Below, piece after piece: positions 50,540-62,641 of a stretch of 64,000 bases of DNA. The notes beneath the pieces are model-generated. The model did no database searches. It saw only the letters and a program-made list of their open reading frames with translations, and was not told the origin of the DNA. The stretch comes from Paraphysomonas bandaiensis (taxonomy: Eukaryota; Protista; Chrysophyceae). Every line of letters starts with the position of its first letter. Within the stretch, counting starts at the first letter, position 1. A program made the translations under genes and the position numbers. The stretch is from NCBI GenBank assembly GCA_965644295.1, contig CBFFRP010000149.1, positions 186,001 to 250,000 of the forward strand, in the 5' to 3' direction.

Positions 50540-51339
50540 GCGCACTAGAGAATGTTTCATTACTAGTCTTTTTTGTCCAGTTTGTGTCTCCTTGCTCTTG
50601 AACAAGCATTGCATCACCTCTCCAGTCAAAATATTCAAACATCAATCAAGCTACTGAATCAGATCTACTCATTATATTCCACATCAGTACAAAATATGCC
50701 CACATGAACAAGATATAGGACCAACTGCCTACAATAGCACAGGGAACCATCAACATCATATTCGTCGCTAAAATTTTATAGCCATTCATTTTTAACGGAC
50801 TTTTACCCTCTTCTGGTTTCATGAGTCCTTTCTTCTTCAGTTCATTGATGTCTTTCTCATAGCCATCTATCGCCTGTCTTAGTTCTAAGTCTAAGACTAC
50901 ATCCACGTCCAGCTTCATATTTCTTAAGGTATATAAGTAGACAATAGGGCTTCTATATCCCTTAATGTGGGATCTACTAGGAGGGTCAGGTTCACTTTCT
51001 GGAATGTCATCTGGGGCCCTTAGCTTCCCTCTTTCGCTCCATCGTGAGCCGGTGTGAACAGATGGCCGAAGTACTCAAGAGAGATGTCTTTCGGGAATGG
51101 AATCTTCATATTTTCATCATCATCAGAGCTTCAGGGTACGCTGTTATACACCACGCTACAATATGGCCAACCTTTTTCTTGTATGCTGCTTTCATTCCTG
51201 CTTTTGTTCGTTAATTCTTATACTCAGATACATTATCAGCATTGGAGTCAACAGACACAACCGGCTGTCGGCGTATACGGCCACTTCCTCTTCGCCATTT
51301 AGGCAACTCTTCTTCCTTGTCTGAATCTGTCTCACTCAT
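50540..51339 (-). mobile_element. Tyrosine-recombinase (Crypton, CryptonS-like) pseudogene
   Basis: SHIKGYRSPIVYLY (core-binding domain), then EGKSPLKMNGYKIL...FMWAYFVLMWNIMSRSDSVA*L..FDWRGDAML, including the first catalytic Arg region of Crypton-type YRs. Stops and frameshifts present; the C-terminal HxxR/Y part is missing. Confidence 0.78.
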
Positions 51340-51490
51340 GTTTGCAGTAAGTATGGTCGAATATTGATATGCCACTAACGGCTGTCATGTTCAAGGAGAA
51401 TAGTAGAGTATTCTAACAGTGTTTTACAACTAATAAAGTGGCTATTTCCCTATAAAATGGCATTTTTATTATATAAAAGTGCCGATTTTT

Positions 51491-51585
51491 CTGTGAAAGG
51501 AAATATTTCACATATGCATCGAATATGATTATGTACTATATATTTGTCCGTATTCGAGGCATATGTGAAACATTTCCTTTCACAG
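51491..51585. repeat. 35-bp inverted repeat (2 mismatches, 25-nt loop) upstream of the Crypton ORF
   Basis: ctgtgaaaggaaatatttcacatatgcatcgaata ... tattcgaggcatatgtgaaacatttcctttcacag. Confidence 0.9.
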
Positions 51586-51635
51586 GTGGGGTTTCTAGAT
51601 GAGGAAAAAACCCACAGAGTTTCACATATGCAGTC

Positions 51636-52120
51636 CATACATACATACATACATACATACATACATACATACATACATACATACATACATACATACATAC
51701 ATACATACATACATACATACATACATACATACATACATACATACATACATACATACATACATACATACATACATACATACATACATACATACATACCTAC
51801 ATACATACCTACATACATACATACATACATACATACATACATACATACATACATACATACATACATACACAGCTGTGTATGTGGACATACATACATACAT
51901 ACATACATACATACATACATACATACATACATACATACATACATACATACATACATACATACATACATACATACATACATACATACATACATACATACAT
52001 ACATACATACATACATACATACATACATACATACATACATACATACATACATACATACATACATACATACATACATACATACATACATACATACATACAC
52101 AGCTGTGTATGTGGACATAC
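51636..52120. repeat. (TACA)n microsatellite with a duplicated interruption (cagctgtgtatgtgga)
   Basis: Tandem CATA; the same interruption occurs at about 51870 and about 52100. Confidence 0.98.
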
Positions 52121-52191
52121 ACTGTAGCCTACACAGTCTGTTCTTCTATCTCTATATTCCAACTCTCACTCTCTCATACCATATCACAGTC

Positions 52192-54725
52192 ATGTCAATA
52201 GACTCCATACCTTTTCCATTCACTCCATACCCTCAGCAGGAGCAGCTGATGCAGGCTATACAAGAGACTATTCGTTCTTCCTCTGTTGGTGTGTTTGAGA
52301 GGTACTCATCTGTGTATGTATGTATATATGGATATATGTGTGTGTATGTATATATAAGTCACAACTAAGAGGTTCATACAGTCCTACTGGTACAGGTAAA
52401 AGCCTCAGTATCATATGCAGTGCCCTACATTGGCAGCGACAGGAGGAGCAGCGTATCATTAAAGAATTAGAAGCATCTTGTGCTCCCCCTCAAGTGCAGA
52501 CTGATGATTGGCTACAGAATATTATATTAAGTTACCAATTAGGAGATCAGATATCTATTAAGAAACGTGCACTGGATCGATTGAAAGGTCTGGAAAATCG
52601 TATTGCTGTTGCAAAGAGTAGTAATCCTCGATCAAAAAAGTCAACAAGTAGTGATAAATCTGCCGCTGTGTCAGATGAAACTGACGATTTTATCCTTAGT
52701 AATTATGATAGTGATGAGAAAGAATATTCATATGATACAGACGACTCTGATGATGACTCGGAGTTGGATGGACTAGAGTTTCCCAAGATATATTACTGCA
52801 GTCGAGCCCATAGTCAGATTGCACAGTTTATGGCTGAGATTCGGCAGACTTCTTTCTCTTCTGTGAGGTGTATAGCACTTGGGTCTCGGAAAAATATGTG
52901 CATCCACCCCGATGTTCGTCGGATGTCGAGTGACAGTGCCATGTCTGAGCGTTGCTTGGAGATGCAACGAGGTCATGTTCGCCGGACATGTAGTGCAAGT
53001 GAGGGAAAGCGACCAAGGGTTGCGCGGAAGAAATGCGAGTACAGATGTTCTAGTGCAGAGGGAAGGTTCGCGGAGCATGCCTTAAGCCACGTTCGTGATA
53101 TTGAAGATTTGGTTTCTTTGGGACATGCTGTATCAGCTTGTCCCTACTACGGTAGCCGAAAGGCAGTAAAGGCTGCACAAGTAGTGTGCATGCCCTATGG
53201 CATGATGCTAAACAAGAGTCAGCGGGAGGCACTAGGCATTTCACTGCGAGGAAGTGTGGTCATATTTGATGAAGCACATAATATAATAGACGCCACCAAC
53301 AGTTCGCATTCTGGAGAAGTAACTATCAACCAGCTGGAGCTCGCACGGACTGCAGTGGAGTCATATATAGACAGATACCGATCCGTTCTTGCTGGGAAAA
53401 ATTTCTACTATTTGCGTATCCTGTCTTCCGTGATTCGTTCTTTGATAAAAGTATTAAACAAGCGGAAGCAAGCAGGCGCGAATTCTCTCTCAATAAATGA
53501 AGGTGATAACACAGAAAACTCGCCATCTGTGTGTAGCGCCAACGATTTCGTGTTTGAGGCAGCCCTGGACAACATTAATCTCTTGAAGCTTGCCCGACAC
53601 GCGTCGGCTACTCAATTAGTTCAGAAAGTGGGTGGACACTTGGACAGCTTACACTCGGGTGAAAGTGACACAGAGGGGAAAGGACATATCGGCGCCCTTC
53701 GAAATGCGTTTACATTACTCACATGTCTTTGCAATAGGGACGCGGATGGTAGATTATTTATTGGGCCCTCCAGGTATGAATCTGATGTATGGAGCATCAG
53801 TTTTGTGCTATTGAACCCCGCAGAACACTTCAGAGATATCGTGGATAAATCTCGCAGCGTAATTCTGATTGGTGGGACCATGAGACCATTCCAGTACGTC
53901 ACGTCGCATCTTTTCCCTCATCTTCCTATTCTATCTTCAAATTCCCTAGTCCCCAGTGACCCCGCGACCAAGACTGTCCGTACGTTCTCCTGTGGTCATA
54001 TTGTGCCCCCTACTAACGTGAACGCGATCGTACTCACCCATGGGGCTCAGGGGTGTACTCTAAACTTCAGACATGTCAACAGAGAGTCTTCCTATTTACT
54101 AAAGGACTTAAACGACACATTGTGTCGGCTATGTTCGACTGTACCTCACGGCGTCGTTGTTTTTTTCGCATCATATGGATACCTGGATCATTGCGTGAAT
54201 TTTTGGAGGAAGAATGGCCTGTTTCAGCGATTGGGAAGAATTAAACCAGTGGTGTTGGAGAGCCGAACGATGCCAGCTGGTGGAATCTGGAGCGAGTACA
54301 GTGCATTAGCAACAGGATCTTCGCGTGGAGCGTGCCTTTTAAGTGTCATGGGGGGCAAACTTTCCGAAGGAATAAACTTTTCGGACAACTTGGCCCGATG
54401 TGTGGTGGTGGTTGGTATGCCCTATCCAGACTCCAAAGATGCAGTGCTAAAGGAAAAGCTCAGGTTTGCGGACTTGATGAAGCCAGGCAGTAGCCGAGAT
54501 ATATATGAGGCAATGTGTTTGAAGACTGTCAATCAGTCTATTGGTAGGTCCATTCGACATGCAGGGGACTATGCCTGCGTTGTTCTACTTGACGTACGGT
54601 ATGCCCAACAGCGGATAATATCACAACTCCCAGGGTGGATTTCCGGTGGGATATCAACTTTCGATGATTGTGGGTCCAGCGTTAGTGCGATTTCGAAGTT
54701 TTTTGATAGATTTGGACTTAAATAA
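52192..54725 (+). CDS. DDX11: ATP-dependent Fe-S DNA helicase Chl1/DDX11; 2 exons
   Basis: FPFTPYPQQ, VGVFE|SPTGTGKSLS, YYCSRAHSQ, LGSRKNMC, ACPYY, IFDEAHN, LIGGTM, GGKLSEGINFSD, VNQSIGRSIRH. Confidence 0.95.
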
Positions 54726-54920
54726 ATAGAATTAAGAAGCTATGCGATGCAGTAACATACGTTATAATGAATTTTGTACGCGTAAAATCGTATGAATATA
54801 CGATAGGTAATTCTGCTGATTTTGTATCATATTTTAACATTCTGTAATATTTTTTTATCAATTATAAATCTGTAATCTTCAAACTTTAGTAAGGAATTAT
54901 TAGCAATAGGCGTCTTAAGA

Positions 54921-54999
54921 GTCAGTGCTTAACTCTGATATCTTTCTATTTAACACTACGAAAGCTGCGTCACCGCAAGCACCAAGGTGCATCCACTTT
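54921..54999 (-). repeat. Interspersed repeat family C, 3' fragment
   Basis: The reverse complement aaagtggatgcaccttggtgcttgcggtgacgcagctttcg...gatatcagagttaagcactga matches 29039-29120 and 47529-47598. Confidence 0.7.
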
Positions 55000-55457
55000 A
55001 GCTCCATCACTCAAAGCAAACGCAGTGATCAAGCGGTATGTTGCTGACTTCAGGATTTTTGAGTATCCAGCATATAAAATACGAATGTTTATGTTTAGTT
55101 GAAACCATAGGCCTATTCACTAGTTATTCACTCACAACGAGTGCTAGCCTTAGCTAAACTGTTTCTCTCTTGCACATAGTTACTACGTATCAACGTGTGA
55201 TACTCTTGAAAGCATGACTTCTATTTGCACTTCGAATTCAGCCTCTAGTATTAGGGTTAGGGTAGGTGAATTATACAAGAGCAATACCGACAGAACTGCA
55301 TTATCTAGCACCTCCTGTGGGTGTGGGTTTGCTAAGGTGGAGGCGGGGGTGCCATTTATAGAGGTCGTCGTCAGCTTGTACCACCTCCTGTTTCTTGTGC
55401 TCCTTCTCAGCCCTTCCCCATTCCCACCTCTTCACACTCTTCCGTAGTACAGTTAAC

Positions 55458-56485
55458 CAGGGCTGCGTATCAATTAATTGCAATTAATTGTCAATTATTG
55501 AAGTTGCAATAATTGAAAATGGGACATTGAATCATATAATTCACTTCACCTTTTTATACTGAAAAGTTATTGAAAAACGGCATTTTTTATTGCAAAAATC
55601 CAATTTTTACGTACAAATCGAAGATTGGTGAAAGACTCTGTATAATTTACTAGCATCGGCCGTCAGCATCATATTTTTCGGAAATATATTGAAGCAAAAA
55701 TCATCTATATCACTGATGTACAACTACGGCTGGAATACACATAATTGTTGACTCAATATTAGAGACATTCGTGAAGAAAAATATACAAAGCAAGGATGCC
55801 GATATCTTAATCAGCGATATGAGCGATAAACTGGCACCAGAAGTCATTGCACGAGTGTTCTTTGAGAAAATAAATGATCATAACGAAGAGGTTACAATAG
55901 AGACTTGGCAATGCTGGGAGTGTTCTGAAGCGAAAGAAACGTTATGGATGGAGCAACCTGTCGCAGCATGCCATCAAACACGAGGGATGGAAAGGGAAAG
56001 TTTTTGACTGCCCAGCGAGGTGGTGGTACGATGGATAAATATGTCGAGCACAAAGTATCACCTCAAGCGTGGAATGCGTATCACTGGTTAGAGTGGGTGA
56101 TAATGGATGATCTTCCTTATGAAGTAATATTTCGAGATCAACATTGATGAAGTATATCGAAGTCTTGGACTTAGAGGTCGAAAGCAGGGTCACAGCAATG
56201 CTTCCAATGCACTTCGGTTTGATTGTTGATGGATGGACGTGCAGCAAGGTACATTACTTTGCTGTTTTTGCAACATGGACCGATGCCAATGAGGTACAGG
56301 AGGTGCCACTTTGCTGTGGTGTGCAAGATGAATATGAAGACTCGGACATGGATTTCACTGCTGAGTCACTAGGAGATTACTTCTTCGATGAGTTGCAGCT
56401 GGTTGGATGTGATTTTCATGCAATTGAATTCACATCGGGTGACAATATTGATCAAATTAGTAGTCTCCTAGTGACTCAGCAGTGA
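55458..56485 (+). mobile_element. Degenerate hAT transposon 5' half (TIR, BED finger, first catalytic Asp)
   Basis: TIR cagggctgcgtatcaattaattg at 55458; WQCWEC...YGWSNLSQHAIKH (BED-like, frameshifted); AYHWLEWVIMDDLPY; FGLIVDGWT..VHYFAVFA; SGDN. Confidence 0.82.
55655..55804 (-). mobile_element. MITE family A, copy 6, nested in the hAT relic
   Basis: atcggccgtcagcatc...ggatgccgata, with the family core inside. Confidence 0.8.
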
Positions 56486-56618
56486 AATCCATGTCCGAGT
56501 CTTCATCTTCATGTTAACTTATACTGCTTATCACTAATACTCTTAAACGTATACTAGATGGTTGTATTATCTTAACATAGATTTCTACAAATGAGGCGAT
56601 ATAGCTGAAAAGCATATG

Positions 56619-56757
56619 TGTTGGTTTCAAGAAGTATGGACTATACATCTATAGTGTAAATTTAGCTGGAGCTTGCTTGAGATTATAATTCAAATCTAAG
56701 CATTGCTTAGTTTAATCAACACTAGCACTTTACTAGAGCAGCTCTCAGAATGGGGCA
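56619..56757 (+). mobile_element. Short copia LTR-like fragment plus adjacent leader
   Basis: tgttgg...tcaaca termini. The 3' part and the following ctagcactt.actag...gctctcagaatggggca match 20840-20960. Confidence 0.55.
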
Positions 56758-56924
56758 ATTAACGGTTCTGCGATGTAAGTTTCATACCAAAGTACAATTA
56801 CTTATATTCATTTCATATTTCCAAAATCAAAACTACACCCCAAGGCTACGATACGGGTTGCTTCCGAGTAAACTCCTACTAGTAGAGATACATGTGCATA
56901 ATGCATAAATATCGCAAAAAAATC

Positions 56925-58212
56925 TCAAACATCCTCGTTAGGGTCCTACATCACATATTATGACACGGATGTCATAAACATAACAAATATACCTTAATAT
57001 CTTCCCAACCTTCTGGTTCTTTTGATAGTTCTGCCATCTTAGCATCCAGCAACTGCAAGAAATGTAAAAATTTGAATATCAATTAAGACTAATCGCCAAG
57101 GTCATGATAATCTGTATGTGTATCCCCACAAAACATGTGTATTATATATATATATATGAATTATAAGGTGTCTAATATGTCTAATGCGTACTTTTATGGC
57201 CTTTGCCCTACGGCGCTCTGCGACTGCATCCCCACCACCACCTGAGGGAGGAGGAGTGGAATAGTGTACAGCATCTGCCTTCGTGTCTTGATACCTGCGT
57301 AGAGTTACCATAGTGGTCACATAAATGAACTCCATTAGTACCGTAAGTGATGCTGTAACTTTTTGTCAACTTCGATTTTCGGAAAAACTCCAGTAATGGA
57401 GAAGAGGTTGTAAAATGCAATGGTCAGCGGAAGCACGACCGGGTGCAGTACCTAAGGTCACGCAAATGTTACATAATCGTCATACAAAGAATTGGTACAA
57501 CCTCTGGAAACATGGCCATGAATGTGAATCCCTCAGAAGAATCACCCGTGCTATCTGCCTACAAAATTGCTGTAAATCTAGTTTTCCAGCAGCTAGAAAT
57601 AGATACCTCATATTTGTAGAAGAATCGGAGGTATGTCCAAGAGAACAAATAGCTGATCCAGATGAAGGATATATCAACAGTAAGAAAATGTACGCCAAGA
57701 ATCCACAACAGCGTAAAAAATGCCACAGTACATGTTGGTAGTAAATGAAATGTTAGAAGTGGATATTGTGGCACTACAGGCTTTGATCCAAGTTTCTGAC
57801 GTGTATACATCATAACAGCAATTATAACACCACCACATCCATATGATGAACCTAATAAATATTCTTCCATATTGGTTAAATAAAACTTATAAAATTGCCA
57901 TAATAATGTACCAACTGTACATGATACTATCATTAAAAGTATATATAATCCAAATTGATCCATTGGTTCACATTTCAATTCATAAGATATAGAAAATATC
58001 AATAGAATATCTATGATATAACGGATAATATTTGTTTCAATAAAACAACATGTGAATAGATTCCATACATAATTATGAGTGATTAATAGATTAGCTGGGA
58101 TTAAACTGAATAGTTTTATGTTAGTTGGATATATAATACATAGAATGGAGAGTAATGTAAGGATACATGTGAGAATGAAAGTAATAGGACGTGTTGTAAT
58201 GATATCTAACAT
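56925..58212 (-). CDS. TMEM115: TMEM115-like (rhomboid-superfamily pseudoprotease, DUF1751); about 6 exons
   Basis: YVWNLFTCCFIE, SWTYLRFFY, GDSSEGFTFMAMFPE, AERRRAKAIK|LLDAKMAE; last exon DPNEDV*. Confidence 0.87.
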
Positions 58213-58475
58213 GATTGTGATATATATATATATGAGTGTGTGTGTATGAGAATTATGTTTAATGGATATGAATGTTTAATGACTGAATTATGTACTGGAA
58301 GCAGTATATAACATCTAGAGAGGAGAGTATACATAATAGGATATTAATTGTACTAGGAGTGTATAGAGTGAGGTCTAGAAGTACATGTCTCGAAGTACTT
58401 GATGACTCAGTATTCCCTGGTACATGGCAATAAAAATTCCCGATTTCTAGATAGTCCATTAAAAAAAAAGGTCAA

Positions 58476-58594
58476 AAACGGTCACTACCCGGACTTCGCA
58501 CGTGGTCACCCACCGCACTACGAACCGAGCCAGATGCAACTTCACCTCCGCGAGCGGAACAAGAGCTGGTGTGGTTTGCATTGTATGACTGTCC
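58476..58594 (-). rRNA. 5S rRNA gene, dispersed and somewhat divergent (functional or pseudogene)
   Basis: Reverse complement ggacagtcatacaatgcaaaccacaccagctcttgttccgctcgcggaggtgaagttgcatctggctcggttcgtagtgcggtgggtgaccacgtgcgaagtccgggtagtgaccgttt, 119 nt. Helix I pairing, CATAC, box C GGTGGGTGACC, GCGAA loop E; followed by T-runs (Pol III terminator). Confidence 0.88.
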
Positions 58595-58806
58595 ATACTG
58601 ACTTTGCATATTTTTTGATATAAATATCTAGCTTGATGCGCTGTATGTATGCATATACAGTACATATATATGTATAGTATACGTTTGTATGTATGCTGTA
58701 TATGGATGGGTATATAACTGACCGGCATATGACATATAGGCTGAGGTTACTCTTCCATCTACACACTCACCCTCTCCATCAATCATCTCATTAACACTGG
58801 TCAACA

Positions 58807-59413
58807 ATGACAGAAGTACAAGAAGACACTCACAATGAAGCTGTAGTGATCCCAATTTTCCCGAAAACTGAAAACTATTCACAAGAAACAGATATTGACT
58901 TCGATATAATCAACTGTCATCCAGGTACATATATAAGAGTCATTCACAATGAATATAATCTATGTTATAGTTGGTGATGTGGTAGTTGTTGATGATTCGG
59001 AGATATTGAAACCTACAATTGAAATTAATGGGGATGATTCGTATTTAGCCTTCCCTATTGATGATTCATTACAATACTTGGCACTCCAACTGAAGAATGT
59101 AAATCGATTTATGAAAATTGTTATTCGTGTTAGAGACTCAGAAGGGAAGACTCGTGTTTTCACTATCACGAATAAGAGGACAACCATTTATTTAAAGAAT
59201 AACTTATGTCAACTGCCAATGAATATCGGCGAAGGATGGCAATATATCAATGTAGACCTTGAAGATATTGTGAGTAGATGTTTTGGTACATCATATGTTG
59301 GTGTGGTGGACGTTATTGTTCATGGTTCTTTGCGAATTGGCAAGATTTATTTTCAAGACAGAGAATATGCTGACGTTGAGTTGCCTCCTTTTCTCCGACT
59401 GCTTGCGGATTAA
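58807..59413 (+). CDS. Divergent CFAP20/BUG22 (DUF667) paralog; 2 exons
   Basis: LQYLALQLKNVNRF, LCQLPMNIGEGWQYINVDL, FGTSY, VHGSLRIGKIYFQDREYADVELP; the N-terminus is not the canonical MFKN. Confidence 0.85.
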
Positions 59414-59863
59414 GGAATTGTTGTCGCTAGGTTTTGGATGTTATTGTAATTGTTTCATAGGCATTGGAAATTGATGTAATCACTTATTTCTTTTACGATT
59501 TGTGCAACTTGCACTCTTTTATTGCAGAGCACTAAGATATGAGTGTTTAATGCATTGTACTTAGTACTACGACAATTGGCGTCTCACAAGACGAGAAATT
59601 GATTAGGGTATAAGAAATAAGGCAGAGATAAACATGACATAGCTGCAAAAGTCTATACGAAAGAGATAATACAGGATGTTTTAAACGGTTAACATTATTC
59701 GGTTGTAACAGCGACGCCACTTTCAATCATTGAAAGTGAACAATACATTATAACAGTATAGTGGCATTTGCTTCAGCATTGTTGTAATACTTAGATACTT
59801 AGCAATGCAAGTTTAATTACTTCAATAGTATTACTGTACGTAATTTTTAGAGGCTATTGAAAG

Positions 59864-59992
59864 CTTTCTGATTTATAGATCCATAGAAACAAAGAAATAA
59901 AATCACTTGGCTTTTTTGAAATAGAAATCTCCTTACGATTAAAAGACATTCGATTTTATTACTTTGTTTCTATGGATCTATAAATTAGAAAG
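59864..59992. repeat. About 41-bp inverted repeat with about 47-nt spacer (MITE or hairpin)
   Basis: ctttctgatttatagatccatagaaacaaagaaataaaatc ... gattttattactttgtttctatggatctataaattagaaag (2 mismatches). Confidence 0.85.
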
Positions 59993-61038
59993 TTGTGCTA
60001 CAATTCTCATGTGTATCATTACCTTTTATCCTTTAATAGATGTTGCCCAAAATATTACCATATGAGGAGTTGTTGAATACATACGCTTACCTAAAATCCC
60101 AAAATTATAATGATAAGCTCAGCGAAACGATTGTTCACAACCGTTGGTGGATAAGACCCGTTGAACTTTGGACTCAAATACTATTGCCATATATTTTTCT
60201 CTGGTCCTGATATTTGTAGCGTCCAACTAACTATGAGAAATGACAGTAAGAAAATCAATGTACTGAGTAGTATATACGTATATACCTATGTTATACTTTA
60301 AAATTAAAAGTTTAGTGTTCAATACAAGAACAACATAGTAAACGATACGTTACTGTCAAATCAGATAATCGCTGTGTAGTAATAGTGGGAATTACTTCTT
60401 CAATACTTAAGAAAATTCACTAAATTATAAGTAAGACACCTTCAGGTTTAGGCAATATCTCATTACGTAGATAGAAGTATTGCCCTTCGCTGTCATAATC
60501 AGCCTCTATCTGATACTATGCGAGAAAATCAATCTGTAATTCCCACTAACAGCGGGGTAGGAAACATGTCTGGTCAGGTTTGAATGTTATATACCAGTAC
60601 CCAGAGTAGAGGAATAGAGCGGTCGGTGATCTTCCTTTAGCTGAGTGATATATATACATATTGATATATATGATACTGGGCAAAATATACTGAGAGATGA
60701 TCTGTATAACTGATATGCTCTCCGAATCACTCAACTCATTCGATTCATAGAAATCGAAATCATGCATACATATATGTATATATAAACATAACTACCTAAC
60801 TCTCTCTCATATATATGACTCCATACGATAGAATTCTCTTATGATGACTGTACTTACCAATGCATATGAAGTATTATATATCCATATATATACGATATCT
60901 CGTAATGACTGGTATGTAATTTAATGGACATTGTTATGATGCATATACATATATATATACATATAGTGTACGAGTGAGAAGATACTAAGATATCATATAT
61001 ATGGGTATGTACTGTACACACCGCTGCAGGGTGGTGTG

Positions 61039-61070
<32 letters not shown>

Positions 61071-61495
61071 ACACTGGTGTGTAGGTACTCGTACTGTTGT
61101 ACGTTTATAGGTACAGTAGGTTTGTACATCTTCATGTCTATAAACTACGGATATTCATTCAATCAGTCAAAAAGAGGCATTTTATATTATCCGTATGTCT
61201 ATAAAATGTGGATATTCGTTCTATGAGTCAAAAAGCAGGCATTTTATAGTATAAGTAACGCAGCTCAATTCATATGAATGTACAGCAATAGAGGGACCAT
61301 TAGTTCCAATTACACTCCATTCTCATGACAACAAGATAACGAGAGATGAAAGTAAGCTATCATGATATTCTTTGACATCATAGCAATGTATATCATCGTA
61401 GCATCTTGTATTTATCAATCAATCTACTAACATATAGAAATACACGTAAGAAACCATCTAACATCTGTATATATTACATATAAAGATATACACGT

Positions 61496-62332
61496 ATGGC
61501 ACATAGAAAACGAGGTAGAAAATGTGAACCTAATTGGAAATCAGATATTGCTGATGCCATACAATCCGCTCGTCAGGATGCTACATATGTACCACCTAAC
61601 CGTTGCGAGCCGTATGGGAAGCGACGTGTATTTCCTCTACTCGATCACTTAGTTGCAGATAGACTTCATGATGATGAATTATGTCATGGAAAGGTACGAT
61701 ATGTTCCTGATACTCAGAAACAAGATACATTTGATGAAATCGTGAGAGAGTACTGTGAAAAAATTGAAATGAGCACGACTATATCTTCTCTTTCTTACTG
61801 GTCTCTGGAGGCAATTACGTCGTATTTACAGTACATGGATGTAGAAGATGTGAAATATGTGCTATCACTACTTCCTCCTGAAGTAACCACTGTATTCTCG
61901 GCCATGGCGACGAGAAAGGGGGCTGTCACAGATGACAATATCAGAATATTTAGCAATAGTAACGTCAAATTCTTAATACTGGGTGGACGTGGCGTGTCAG
62001 ATTGCGCACTGAACGCAATTATGCCAACTGTAATACCTAAAGATATTTCCCCAGCAACCGATTGGGAAGATATTGATGTTGAAGATACTGAGTTCTTTAC
62101 CACATGTGGTTGCTTTCACTTGGAACGCGTTGCCCTGTTGTCTACACGTCTCACTACAAGCGCGGTACTAAAGTTAGTGCAGTCACCGTACAGTAAATTG
62201 GAGAGCATAGATGTGTGTGGTATTAGTGGTTTTGATAGTGGCTGTACAAATAGTAATATAGTGACGATAGATTCTGACCAATTACATGAGTTGTCAGACA
62301 AAGGAAATGTCAATGCAATACAGCTTGTCTAG
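61496..62332 (+). CDS. Hypothetical protein with a BC-box/F-box-like segment and degenerate LRR-like repeats
   Basis: 278-aa ORF without introns; ISSLSYWSLEAI, LLPPEV, VTDDNI, VSDCAL, LERVAL, LESIDV. Confidence 0.55.
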   Translation: MAHRKRGRKCEPNWKSDIADAIQSARQDATYVPPNRCEPYGKRRVFPLLDHLVADRLHDDELCHGKVRYVPDTQKQDTFDEIVREYCEKIEMSTTISSLSYWSLEAITSYLQYMDVEDVKYVLSLLPPEVTTVFSAMATRKGAVTDDNIRIFSNSNVKFLILGGRGVSDCALNAIMPTVIPKDISPATDWEDIDVEDTEFFTTCGCFHLERVALLSTRLTTSAVLKLVQSPYSKLESIDVCGISGFDSGCTNSNIVTIDSDQLHELSDKGNVNAIQLV

Positions 62333-62618
62333 TTGCCTCAAGACGGCACAAGAAGTAAAAAAATATGTATATTAGCTGAGTGGGAGATTAAATTTTGTAA
62401 CATATTTTATAAATTATATTAGGACATGCACAAGACTAAGATTGTTATGACTGACATGCACAAGAGTACTACTTATGGTTTTACGCATGAACTGTCGCCT
62501 CTGGAATGAAATGACAGTTGAGGTAGCTATACTGGCAGCTAAAATGTAGTTCAGTACTAAATAATTGAAATTGAGACAGCAAGTAATAATTGCAATTATA
62601 ATTAACTACAACCTGCGA

Positions 62619-62641
62619 CAATTAATTGATACGCAGCCCTG
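62619..62641 (-). mobile_element. hAT terminal inverted repeat matching the one at 55458 (a further partial end lies at about 63075-63092)
   Basis: caattaattgatacgcagccctg is the exact reverse complement of cagggctgcgtatcaattaattg. Confidence 0.75.
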
